A stretch of 64,000 bases of DNA from a virus (lineage: Duplodnaviria; Caudoviricetes): positions 1-64,000 of IMG/VR virus record IMGVR_UViG_3300011217_000001; one strand, given 5' to 3'. The translations under genes were made by a program, and so were the position numbers. The notes beneath the pieces were generated by a model. That model had not been told where the DNA came from, made no database searches, and saw only the letters and a list, made by a program, of their open reading frames with translations. How positions within the stretch are numbered: position 1 is the stretch's first letter; each line of letters opens with the position of its first letter. Below are positions 48,662 to 56,845 of this stretch, one piece after another.

Positions 48662-48711
48662 AGTCGTGATTCCCTGGAACTGTCATAAGCTAGGCAAAAA
48701 AAAAGAGTAAG

Positions 48712-48744
48712 GGCATAACAGCCCTCCCCCTTACGGGAGAGGGC
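48712..48744 (-). terminator. Hairpin plus TATGCC box
   Basis: GCCCTC...GAGGGC with GGCATA at 48712 and an A run further left. Confidence 0.6.
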
Positions 48745-48753
48745 CATCATTAC

Positions 48754-49215
48754 TTAGCAGCAGTGGCGATGCAGTGCCAGATGCTGCAGCATCCAGTCCA
48801 GCGGCTGGGAGTAGTTGCTCACCACCAGATTGTTGTCGCCGTCACGATGGACGTGATAGGCGGCGATCGGCAGCTTGCACTCGCGCAGCATTTTGGCCAG
48901 GTCTTCATTCTGCTCGATCTTGAAGCCCAGGCCTTCGCACAGCAGGTCTTCCATCGCATCAGCAGTGACGTTCCCACGCGGGAGGGTCTGAGCGATTTCG
49001 ATGGCCCGGTTCACCGGTACGTGGCGCAGGCGCATCACCGACATCCCCGTCTTGATCCACATCCGGAAGTTTTCCAGAGAGGCGAACTTCCCGTGTTCGG
49101 GATGGTCCAGAGGCAGGGTGGTAGCGGGATGCAACAGGCGACCCAACGCCGACCGCGCATTGCGGTTGATGTTGATGTGGTCGATGCCTTCGCGGTTCGG
49201 GTTGAACTCAGTCAT
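48754..49215 (-). CDS. NADAR/T4 gp30.3-like protein, degenerate paralog
   Basis: GIDHININ...LGRLL...HPEHGKFASLENFRMWIKTG. Confidence 0.55.
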   Translation of the reverse strand: MTEFNPNREGIDHININRNARSALGRLLHPATTLPLDHPEHGKFASLENFRMWIKTGMSVMRLRHVPVNRAIEIAQTLPRGNVTADAMEDLLCEGLGFKIEQNEDLAKMLRECKLPIAAYHVHRDGDNNLVVSNYSQPLDWMLQHLALHRHCC

Positions 49216-49705
49216 TTCGTGTATTTCCCTTCAGTACATTTCGGATGGAGTTGATGTGCTCGATCTGCCACGAGTATTTCTCACTCATGTCAATCACCTT
49301 CACTTTGTCGCCACTGCCGTAGCAGTAGTAATGACACAGCGGAAGGGTCGACTCGCGCAGCAGTTCGCGCAGCTCTTGATTCTGCCGGATCTTGAGCTCG
49401 ATGACGTTCTTGATCTGCTCATGGAAATCTGCCGCCTCAACGCGAGGCAGCGTCTTACCCAACCGCTTGGCATCAAAGCCGCTTGCGGTGGAGAAGTCTT
49501 CCCAGTGCTTTTCAATGTAACCGCATCGCGCCCAATACCAGAACCCCTCCACGGTGTTGAACTTGCCGTGTTGAGGGTGGATGAAACCGATTGGTGCCAA
49601 GTTGCTCAGCAAACGGCCTAGCTTGGTCTTACCCCCGGTGTAGATGTTGATGTGGTCATCTCCATCGCTACCCGGTCCGACCTGTTCGTTTTCCGAGGTT
49701 GACAT
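49208..49705 (-). CDS. NADAR/T4 gp30.3-like protein
   Basis: GDDHINIY...LGRLLSNLA...HPQHGKFNTVEGFWYW...SGFDAKRLGK...KIRQN..LRELLRES; start MSTSE at 49705. Confidence 0.6.
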   Translation of the reverse strand: MSTSENEQVGPGSDGDDHINIYTGGKTKLGRLLSNLAPIGFIHPQHGKFNTVEGFWYWARCGYIEKHWEDFSTASGFDAKRLGKTLPRVEAADFHEQIKNVIELKIRQNQELRELLRESTLPLCHYYCYGSGDKVKVIDMSEKYSWQIEHINSIRNVLKGNTRND

Positions 49706-50129
49706 CTTGCGGTTCTTCTCCGAAATCAAACTTTTCTCCAGAGGGCTTTACCGGAGTAAAGGTCTCACCAGGACGTCTGTGGATGTCCAGTGAGATCACC
49801 GTGTTCGGTCCCTCATCCCATTCCGTGTGAAACTCAATCCACGATCTGCGCGGGTTCAGGAAACGGATCGCGCGGCGGAACATCTTCCAGGACATGTTGT
49901 TTTGAGCCAACTGCCTGTTGAGGTTGCCACGGTCCGTAGACCTTTTCTTGGAATGCGTTTTCGAACGACCATGAGACTTGTTGATGTGATCCACCATCAA
50001 CTTGCCCCAATGCAACGGACCGACCTGACGCTCCGCGAGTATATCTCGCCATAGACGGGTCAGTTCACCGATAGCCTTCATTCTACCCTTGTCGGGCAGT
50101 GATAGCAGCCGGGTGATTTTCTCGGTCAT
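49668..50129 (-). CDS. Conserved hypothetical basic protein
   Basis: 153 aa, RGNLNRQL...MSWKMFRRAIRFL. Confidence 0.7.
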   Translation of the reverse strand: MTEKITRLLSLPDKGRMKAIGELTRLWRDILAERQVGPLHWGKLMVDHINKSHGRSKTHSKKRSTDRGNLNRQLAQNNMSWKMFRRAIRFLNPRRSWIEFHTEWDEGPNTVISLDIHRRPGETFTPVKPSGEKFDFGEEPQDVNLGKRTGRTG

Positions 50130-50180
50130 GACTTCTGAGCTTTCTCAGGAGCCGTGGTAATGATGTCGATCACTTCGACA

Positions 50181-50699
50181 TTATCTCCATTTTCTGGCTA
50201 TCAAGCTAAACGCGGCCACAACCTCGGCCACATCCTCCAACAACTTCTCGTTGACGCGCTGAAAGTACCCCTCGTTTTCTTTCTTACTTTCGATTGCATT
50301 GCACAGCCTGCCGTAGAACTCTTGAAGCTTTGGCAGGGTCTCGTTGGCACTAAGGACATGTCCGTCCATCGTAACCAGGAACTCTTCCATCGTACGCAAC
50401 TCGGGATCGCGCTGGATGGAAGTGACGGCGGAGGGCGGGAACCCGTCGCCAGTCTTAATGCCGTTGGCAGTGAGGAGCAAGGAGGAAATCAAAGCTTCGG
50501 CCCCATCGATGTGGGTCTTCAGCGTGACTTGACGGAGCATGGACCGAGGGATTTCTTTCCCGGAGGGTTCCAGAAGGTCAAGTAGTTCCTTGTTCCGATA
50601 CAGCAACGGCGTGGCTTCTTTTTGAAGGCGATCCTTCACTACTTCTTCCCGCAGCCTGCCAAATCCGAGCAATCGGATCAGACGTTTGAAGATGTTCAT
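50181..50699 (-). CDS. Hypothetical protein
   Basis: 172 aa, GAGG RBS. Confidence 0.7.
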   Translation of the reverse strand: MNIFKRLIRLLGFGRLREEVVKDRLQKEATPLLYRNKELLDLLEPSGKEIPRSMLRQVTLKTHIDGAEALISSLLLTANGIKTGDGFPPSAVTSIQRDPELRTMEEFLVTMDGHVLSANETLPKLQEFYGRLCNAIESKKENEGYFQRVNEKLLEDVAEVVAAFSLIARKWR

Positions 50700-50727
50700 G
50701 TAACCTCTTGAATGCAGCTTCCCATGA

Positions 50728-50756
50728 ATGATATAGGCTTGTGATTTTTTTCAATG
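50728..50756 (-). promoter_or_regulatory. Candidate early promoter
   Basis: Minus strand reads CATT-N8-TCACAAGCC-TATATCAT. Confidence 0.5.
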
Positions 50757-50766
50757 GAGAACGGCT

Positions 50767-51246
50767 ATGCAGAAAGAGTGCGTAAAACTGGCCGATCGAT
50801 ACATGCCGAGTGATCCGGCAGATGACGATGCGGTCCTGAAGTACACCCAGGCACGCCGCCTCCAGTTGGTCAAGGACGCAGACGTTGATCTGGTCGCTGA
50901 CCCCAAGGGCGGTACTGTTGTGCTCAAAGCACTGTCCGATTTGGACAAGACTGCTCTGGGCAAGAAGAAGCTCGGCATTGCCGAGAAGGGTGCGGAGAAC
51001 GATCGCCTGGTGGCAAGCGCTGTGGTGCGCATGTTCAAGGACGACGGCTCGACCGACCCGTTCCTGAAGGAGAACGCAGCCAAGGGTCGTAAGGCCTACG
51101 AGGCCGACGACGCAGCGCGTCTGCCCGAACCGGTGTTCGTCGAAGGCGAAACCGAGGTGGGCGTGTCTTCGGAGAACTACGCCGAGTTCACCTCGCGCAT
51201 GCAGCGTCAAGGTGTGAGCGACGGTCAGGACAAGGAAAAGAAATAG
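50767..51246 (+). CDS. Conserved hypothetical protein
   Basis: 159 aa, GGAG RBS, helical N-terminal half. Confidence 0.75.
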   Translation: MQKECVKLADRYMPSDPADDDAVLKYTQARRLQLVKDADVDLVADPKGGTVVLKALSDLDKTALGKKKLGIAEKGAENDRLVASAVVRMFKDDGSTDPFLKENAAKGRKAYEADDAARLPEPVFVEGETEVGVSSENYAEFTSRMQRQGVSDGQDKEKK

Positions 51247-51286
51247 GGTATAGCAGCAGGCAGGGCTCGCGCCCTGCCTGTATGCC
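51247..51286. terminator. Bidirectional hairpin flanked by GGTATA and TATGCC
   Basis: CAGGCAGGGC-tcgc-GCCCTGCCTG; the 22-mer core is identical to 13493-13514. Confidence 0.7.
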
Positions 51287-51287
51287 G

Positions 51288-52019
51288 TTAGGACATGATT
51301 GAGTAGACAGCCGCCGGGAAGAAGACGATGCCCACAAAGTCACGCCACATGTTCACGGTCTCGGCAAAGGGATCCAACGCCGCACTGTCTGGAGCGATGA
51401 TACATTCCTTCTCGGTCAGCGCCCTGTCCTTGTAAAGCCTCGGACAGAACAACGACACGGTACGGATCGGCATGTTCATCACATCCTTACCGTGCAGCTT
51501 TGCCCACTCGTCAAGCGAGTAGAGGAACACTGCACTGTAACCGTTGGACAGCCGGTACGGATGGAGATCTCGCAGCGGCATGTTGACCACCTTGATGCTG
51601 GTGCGCGTCCCCAACCAGAACGCCACAGCCGACTCGATGGCTACCATGTCCTCGGCATCCATCTGGTAGGGCCAGACGTTGATCTCAAACGAGAAGCCAT
51701 CAGCGAACGGCGTGTTGGGAATGTTGGCAGCCAGTGATCGCTTCAGGTCATCCAGCGCCTTGAACGCGCCCGTTGGACGAGCCAGTGCGAGAATGCTCAC
51801 GTCACGCTCTGCGTATGCCTTGCGATAAGCAGCGTTGGAGACACGCCCTTCGGTGATCTCCTCCATGTCATCGTGGAGGCGTTCCAGATAGGCGGGGTTG
51901 CCAAGCATCTTCGCCGCAGCTTCCCCGTCGATACTGGCTACCGTTGCGATGCGAGTATCCAGCAACACATCCAACATGACGTGGATGCGGTGGTGGTAGT
52001 CGTCACTTCTGCTCGCCAT
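51288..52019 (-). CDS. Conserved protein, possibly degenerate HAD-like fold
   Basis: GGAGG RBS, N-terminal IHVMLDVLLDTR; the fold is an inference. Confidence 0.55.
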   Translation of the reverse strand: MASRSDDYHHRIHVMLDVLLDTRIATVASIDGEAAAKMLGNPAYLERLHDDMEEITEGRVSNAAYRKAYAERDVSILALARPTGAFKALDDLKRSLAANIPNTPFADGFSFEINVWPYQMDAEDMVAIESAVAFWLGTRTSIKVVNMPLRDLHPYRLSNGYSAVFLYSLDEWAKLHGKDVMNMPIRTVSLFCPRLYKDRALTEKECIIAPDSAALDPFAETVNMWRDFVGIVFFPAAVYSIMS

Positions 52020-52533
52020 CGGTTTCCTCCATGAAGGAGATACGCAGCTTGCGCTGATCACCCATGACGCGCTGCAGAGCCCAGTACAGAAGCTGGACAG
52101 TGACGAGCCAGGGGTTCTCGTTCATCAGCTTGATCAGCTCTTCCTCATCGCGCGAGTTCTTCTGGTAGTCAGGATCTTCCTGTTCCAGCCAGTCTGCGCT
52201 GGTGAGACGACAGGCCGAACGACCAATGGCCTTGACCGTATCGTCCCAGTTGTCCTCGCCGCTGAGGTGGAAGCGCAATTCCATGGTGATGTTCATGATC
52301 AGCTTGAACATGTCCACGTTGGCACGCAGTTCCACCCACTGTTCGATCACGGCTCCGTCGGTATTGGGTAACAGAGCCACGTTCGTGTTGTGGGCGAATT
52401 CCTCCAGCTGTTCCATCAGGTGGCCGAAGTATTTCTCGGTCATGCGCCCCTGTCCAGCCAGACGCAGTTGGTTGACGAACACAGCGTCGAAGATTGCATT
52501 GACGCTACCGCCGAAGGACTGCACGTGTTCCAT
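52003..52533 (-). CDS. Hypothetical protein
   Basis: 176 aa, within the operon. Confidence 0.72.
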   Translation of the reverse strand: MEHVQSFGGSVNAIFDAVFVNQLRLAGQGRMTEKYFGHLMEQLEEFAHNTNVALLPNTDGAVIEQWVELRANVDMFKLIMNITMELRFHLSGEDNWDDTVKAIGRSACRLTSADWLEQEDPDYQKNSRDEEELIKLMNENPWLVTVQLLYWALQRVMGDQRKLRISFMEETDGEQK

Positions 52534-52544
52534 GGAAAGCTACC

Positions 52545-53225
52545 TCAAAGATTCAGATTGTTGTCCAGATGGGCAGCCATCAAGTAGGCGCCCAGGGTTT
52601 CGGTGCTCTTGACCTTGGTGGGCAGTCGAGCAAGCGTCTCCAGACGCACGGTGCCGTTGTCCACGATCTGGCGGTTCATGGCCTGGAAGCCAACCTCGTC
52701 GCCCCCGCGCCAGCGCAGCAGTTCCTTGATGGCTGCGTTGAAGCCCTGCGCCGACATGACCTGCAGTTCCGGGAAGGAGACCGAGCTGCCCTTGGACGGA
52801 CCAGTGGGCTGACCAGTACGTTCGTCGACGTGCTTGTTGTCTTCGGGGATCTTGATCTTCTTGTCCAGCATTTCCACCTGCAGACGAACCGGCATGTCCA
52901 CGACCATGTACTTCTTGGGGGTCACGAACGGAACGCCAGTGACGGCGTCGGTCATCTCGATGTGCTGGAAGATCGGGATCTCGTACTTCTCGGCCACCGC
53001 CAAGTTGCGTTCCATCTTCAACTTGACGTCGGTCAGGTTCGGTACGATGATCGGAGCAATCTCCTCACCGGATTCGAACTTGGCCATCAGGTCATCAAAC
53101 TCGGCATCGCTCATCGGATCGAAGAGCTGTTCCTTGTGCCACAGCGCTTGTTCGCGACTCCCCAACATTTCGGTGAGGACATCGACGTACAAGTCCATGG
53201 CCTCCTTACGGTTCTTCGTCGCCAC
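52545..53225 (-). CDS. Virion RNA polymerase beta subunit, C-terminal part (phiKZ gp149-like)
   Basis: QVEMLDKKI...RTGQPTGPSKGSSVSFPELQVM...IKELLRWRGGD resembles the beta C-terminal TQQPLGGK...FGEME...EMLTVKSDD region. Confidence 0.82.
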   Translation of the reverse strand: MATKNRKEAMDLYVDVLTEMLGSREQALWHKEQLFDPMSDAEFDDLMAKFESGEEIAPIIVPNLTDVKLKMERNLAVAEKYEIPIFQHIEMTDAVTGVPFVTPKKYMVVDMPVRLQVEMLDKKIKIPEDNKHVDERTGQPTGPSKGSSVSFPELQVMSAQGFNAAIKELLRWRGGDEVGFQAMNRQIVDNGTVRLETLARLPTKVKSTETLGAYLMAAHLDNNLNL

Positions 53226-53670
53226 TTTGCTTCTCCACGTTCACGATGAAAACGATCACTTCCAGCTTCAGCCTTCTCGCTTCCATGATCATGTTGCGAG
53301 TGCCGGGGGACTTGGCGTCCCAGAAAGCGACCAGTATGCTTGCAGTTTGCGCCATAGCGAGATTGCGGTCCATACCCGCTTTGGCGTTGTACTGCTTGTC
53401 ATACTTATTCGTTTTGATCACCGCCCCGGGAGCTTCGAGGTCGTCCCACTTAGGAGCATGACCTTCCCACTTCAGGTTGTTTTCTTCGGCGAATCGAACG
53501 CCGAGCATATCCGGGCCGGACTTTTCCAAGCCACTGACCACGGTGAACTTTCCGCGCGTATCGAGCAGTAGCTTCAAGTGCGCTTTGACGAAGTCATAGT
53601 TCGAGTAGCCACGGCTACCCGCTACAATGACCTTCAGCTCGTCTTCTTTCAAATCGTCGGTGTGTACCAT
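53206..53670 (-). CDS. YspA-like SLOG family protein
   Basis: KVIVAGSR, VVSG..SGPDMLG, AGMDRNLAMA and VAFWDAKSPGTRNMI motifs. Confidence 0.8.
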   Translation of the reverse strand: MVHTDDLKEDELKVIVAGSRGYSNYDFVKAHLKLLLDTRGKFTVVSGLEKSGPDMLGVRFAEENNLKWEGHAPKWDDLEAPGAVIKTNKYDKQYNAKAGMDRNLAMAQTASILVAFWDAKSPGTRNMIMEARRLKLEVIVFIVNVEKQSGDEEP

Positions 53671-53969
53671 CAGACCAGCTCGTGTTTGACCAGAGCCGGC
53701 ATGACGTAGGTCTTGAAGCCATATACCCAGTCCCCGACCGAGTCTTCCTGGATCAGGCACTCGCGGGCATCGAAGGTATCGGCAGCCAGCAGACCTAGCT
53801 TAATGCGCAGGTGCTTGTTGACTGCCTCGATGATGCTCTCGCTGCTCAGATGGCTCCAGCCAGCCGGGCAGGTGTCGTTGAGCAGGAGCTGCACATCGCG
53901 CAGCCCCTTGCCGTGCTGATCAAAGATCTTGATCAGCTTCTCCACCACTTCGGGGAATTGTGAACGCAT
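53670..53969 (-). CDS. Hypothetical protein
   Basis: Start MRSQF at 53969, TGATG-coupled to the SLOG gene. Confidence 0.65.
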   Translation of the reverse strand: MRSQFPEVVEKLIKIFDQHGKGLRDVQLLLNDTCPAGWSHLSSESIIEAVNKHLRIKLGLLAADTFDARECLIQEDSVGDWVYGFKTYVMPALVKHELV

Positions 53970-53994
53970 TGTCCTGTCTCGGTGAAGGCGGCGC

Positions 53995-55401
53995 TTAACG
54001 CGCCGCGCCGTCGTACCACCACGGCTTGTACAGACCCTTACGCATGCGCAGCAGGTCGGCCGTGGAGAGGAACTTCTTGGGCTCGATCTTCTCGTCGTTC
54101 TCGAACAGCCAGTAGCCGCGAGTACCGCCGAGCAGTTCATCCCAATCGTAGCCACGTTCCTTCAGATCCTTGTACAGATCTGCAGGAGTGCACAGCAGGG
54201 ACCGGTCGAAGTCATGACGCAGGTTGACCAGCTGGCACAGCTCGGAGGTGATCTCCATGGCGCGCTGGAGGAGCTTGTCCTCGCCACACTTGCCACGGAC
54301 GGTCGTACGCTGCATCTTGACGTCAGGCAGCAGTTCGAGGAAGTACGCGCGGTCATGACCACCCAGGCCGAAGCCGTCGGAGTTCTTCAGGTAGTAGAAC
54401 TCGCTCAGGGTCGGCAGCAGGCCGTCGGACTGCGAGCACAGCAGTTCGATGGGCAGGCCAGACGGACCGAACTTGCCGCGCAGGTTGACCATGGAGATGG
54501 CCATCAGATCGGTGTCACCCTTCAGGGCATCGTCCGAACCACGCGGGAACTCCGGCGTACCGTTCTGCTTGTTGATCAGCGGCACAGCACGGGTGATGTG
54601 CCAGCAGTTGTTCAGCAGGAAGGTGAACTTTTCCGGGGTATCCTTGACCTTGGCGTCGCCCTTCATCATGGCGAACTTCTTCGGTGCCGGCTTGTGCGGA
54701 TCCATGTTGATGACGTCGCCCACGTGAGCAGTCATCATGATGTACATGCCACCGGCCGCAGCCAGCTTCGGCATCTGGCGCACCATCTGGCTCTTGGCCA
54801 TGGCCGCGTGCATTTCCAGCGGGTTCTGTTCCTTGGCGCCGATGTTGTTGTCTTCACGCTTCTTGGTGATCGTGGAGACTTCGAACTGGCTGATGCTGTC
54901 CAGTTCCATCGGGGTCGGATACAGGAACGACATCTGCTGTCCCTGCGAATCGACGAACGGGGTCAGCTGACGGAACGACTTGTTCTTGTTCTTGACCTCG
55001 ATCATCTCCTTGACCTGCTCGAACCACTCATCGCCTTCCTGCTCGGCGGGCGTGGTGATGCTCAGGCGACCTTCGGCCAGCAGGTTGCGACCGCCGATGT
55101 TCGGCATGTGTTTGGCCAGCGACATCAGGCGCGGGTTGCCGAGCGAATACTCGGTGTCATAGGAGTTACCCTCGGACGAACGATGTCGGTCCAGGGTGGT
55201 GAGGTACATGTGGTGCATCAGCGAGGACTTGTGCATGTTCGCACGCGCCACGATGCCGGTGGTGTGACTCAGGCCGCCATTGAGAATCATCTCATCATGG
55301 ATGCCCTTGAAGTAGTTGCCCGTGGGAATGTCCAGACAGGCACCGATGTTCAGGTTCGGACGAAACTCCGGGGCTTGGGTAAAACCGCCAATCAACGACA
55401 T
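53995..55401 (-). CDS. uvsX: UvsX/RecA-like recombinase (phiKZ gp152-like)
   Basis: NIGACLDIPTG, divergent Walker A ARANMHKSS, YDTE, LDSIS, MTAHVG and NLRGKFGPSG. Confidence 0.82.
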   Translation of the reverse strand: MSLIGGFTQAPEFRPNLNIGACLDIPTGNYFKGIHDEMILNGGLSHTTGIVARANMHKSSLMHHMYLTTLDRHRSSEGNSYDTEYSLGNPRLMSLAKHMPNIGGRNLLAEGRLSITTPAEQEGDEWFEQVKEMIEVKNKNKSFRQLTPFVDSQGQQMSFLYPTPMELDSISQFEVSTITKKREDNNIGAKEQNPLEMHAAMAKSQMVRQMPKLAAAGGMYIMMTAHVGDVINMDPHKPAPKKFAMMKGDAKVKDTPEKFTFLLNNCWHITRAVPLINKQNGTPEFPRGSDDALKGDTDLMAISMVNLRGKFGPSGLPIELLCSQSDGLLPTLSEFYYLKNSDGFGLGGHDRAYFLELLPDVKMQRTTVRGKCGEDKLLQRAMEITSELCQLVNLRHDFDRSLLCTPADLYKDLKERGYDWDELLGGTRGYWLFENDEKIEPKKFLSTADLLRMRKGLYKPWWYDGAAR

Positions 55402-55512
55402 TTTTGCACACCTGTTGTCTGGGAAATCATCAAACGATAGCGTCCGTACGTTTATTTTTATGAGCAGCGTTCTACACGCACCCCTATCAACCTTGAGTCA
55501 AGGAACTCGAAC

Positions 55513-56379
55513 ATGAATTACATTGAACTGCCCGATGACGTCGAAGAAGAGCAGGGGCTTGACGAGGTCCAGCAGCTCAGCGAGCAGATCTCCACCGAAG
55601 CGATGATCGGCGACCAGTACATCAACGCCTTCACCGGCCGACTGGACACCTTCGTCAAGGGCGTGAGCACCTACCTGAAGCAAGCCTTCAGCAAGGATCT
55701 GAAGGTGCGTGCTGGCTTCAATACGCTGCAGATCCACAACTTCATCAGCAAGTACCCCTACACCTCGCTGGCCGTGGCGGAGCTGCCGATCCCGCGTGGG
55801 CTGGTCAGCGACTACCCGACCATGGTCGAGGAGCTGCACAAGTCCTACAAGGAGCTCTCCGGCTTTGCTGTGACCGAGCTGCCTGACTGCGTGGGCTGGC
55901 TGGGTGAAATGCTCGGCGAGCCGTCCAAGTTGCAGAGCATCACCTCCGGCCGCAGCAGCATGCTCTCGGACAAGGGTCCGGCTGACACGCTGCAGGGCCT
56001 GCTGGCTTGCTTCTCCGACAGCGCCAGCCATCAGCTCAAGGATCGTCCGTTCGGTTCGCTGTACCCCTCTGCTCAGTCCTACGAGCGCACTGGTGCACGC
56101 CTGAACGATCTGGCCCTGATGATGAACGAGCTGGATCTGTCCAAGCTCAACGGCTACCTGGATCGTGCCGACGAACTGATGCGTGAGCTGGCCAAGCGCA
56201 TCACCAACCGTGAACCCGGCTTCGAACGCATCTCCGGTCCGCAGCTGAAGTACATGGCCGAGATGGGCTGGCGCATGGCTTCGCGTGCCGAAGCGCTGAG
56301 CACGCTGTACTACCACGCGGTTCTGGCTGCCAATGCCTACCGCGAGAGCTACGAGCACCTCAAGCGCGTTTACAAGTAA
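55513..56379 (+). CDS. Virion head protein (phiKZ gp153-like)
   Basis: 288 aa, divergent from uvsX, acidic N-terminal leader ending ISTE. Confidence 0.62.
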   Translation: MNYIELPDDVEEEQGLDEVQQLSEQISTEAMIGDQYINAFTGRLDTFVKGVSTYLKQAFSKDLKVRAGFNTLQIHNFISKYPYTSLAVAELPIPRGLVSDYPTMVEELHKSYKELSGFAVTELPDCVGWLGEMLGEPSKLQSITSGRSSMLSDKGPADTLQGLLACFSDSASHQLKDRPFGSLYPSAQSYERTGARLNDLALMMNELDLSKLNGYLDRADELMRELAKRITNREPGFERISGPQLKYMAEMGWRMASRAEALSTLYYHAVLAANAYRESYEHLKRVYK

Positions 56380-56380
56380 C

Positions 56381-56418
56381 AACATAAGGGGAGGGGCCGA
56401 AGCCCCTCCCTCTATGCC
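56381..56418. terminator. Bidirectional hairpin flanked by AACATA and TATGCC
   Basis: GGGAGGGGCCGAAGCCCCTCCC, identical to 18130-18151. Confidence 0.7.
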
Positions 56419-56834
56419 GCGTCCCGCACCATGTACACGTACTGACTCTGAGCCATGCGATCGAAATGCATGCTCTTGAGCAGACTGGCCGCGTAGGTGC
56501 TGGTGAAGTAGCAACGCGTCAGGATGCGCTTGGTTTCCTTGTCCATCTCGGTGACCGAGCTGGTGCCAGCCTGCACCATACGACGCACGAGATTGACGAA
56601 GACCGTCTTCTGTACGTTCGGTGCACGCAGGTCAAGGAAGCCTTCACTGAGCGCCTGCATCACCTTGCGGTAGTGCGCACGGATGGTGTCCGTGCTTGCG
56701 CCTTCGGTGATCAGCACCTGGGCAACATCATTGCCGAAGATGTTGATCAGACCACCGCCCATGTCCTCGGCACTGGTGAGCAGGGCGGCTACTTCAGCCG
56801 CCGTGAACTTCTTTTCCACAAAATCAGTTGCCAT
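56412..56834 (-). CDS. Hypothetical protein
   Basis: 140 aa, GGAGG RBS. Confidence 0.75.
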   Translation of the reverse strand: MATDFVEKKFTAAEVAALLTSAEDMGGGLINIFGNDVAQVLITEGASTDTIRAHYRKVMQALSEGFLDLRAPNVQKTVFVNLVRRMVQAGTSSVTEMDKETKRILTRCYFTSTYAASLLKSMHFDRMAQSQYVYMVRDAA

Positions 56835-56845
56835 CGTTTTCCTCC

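Noticed and set aside
50767-51246. Possible terminase small subunit
   Set aside because: Size and helical character fit, but there is no diagnostic motif and no linkage to terL.
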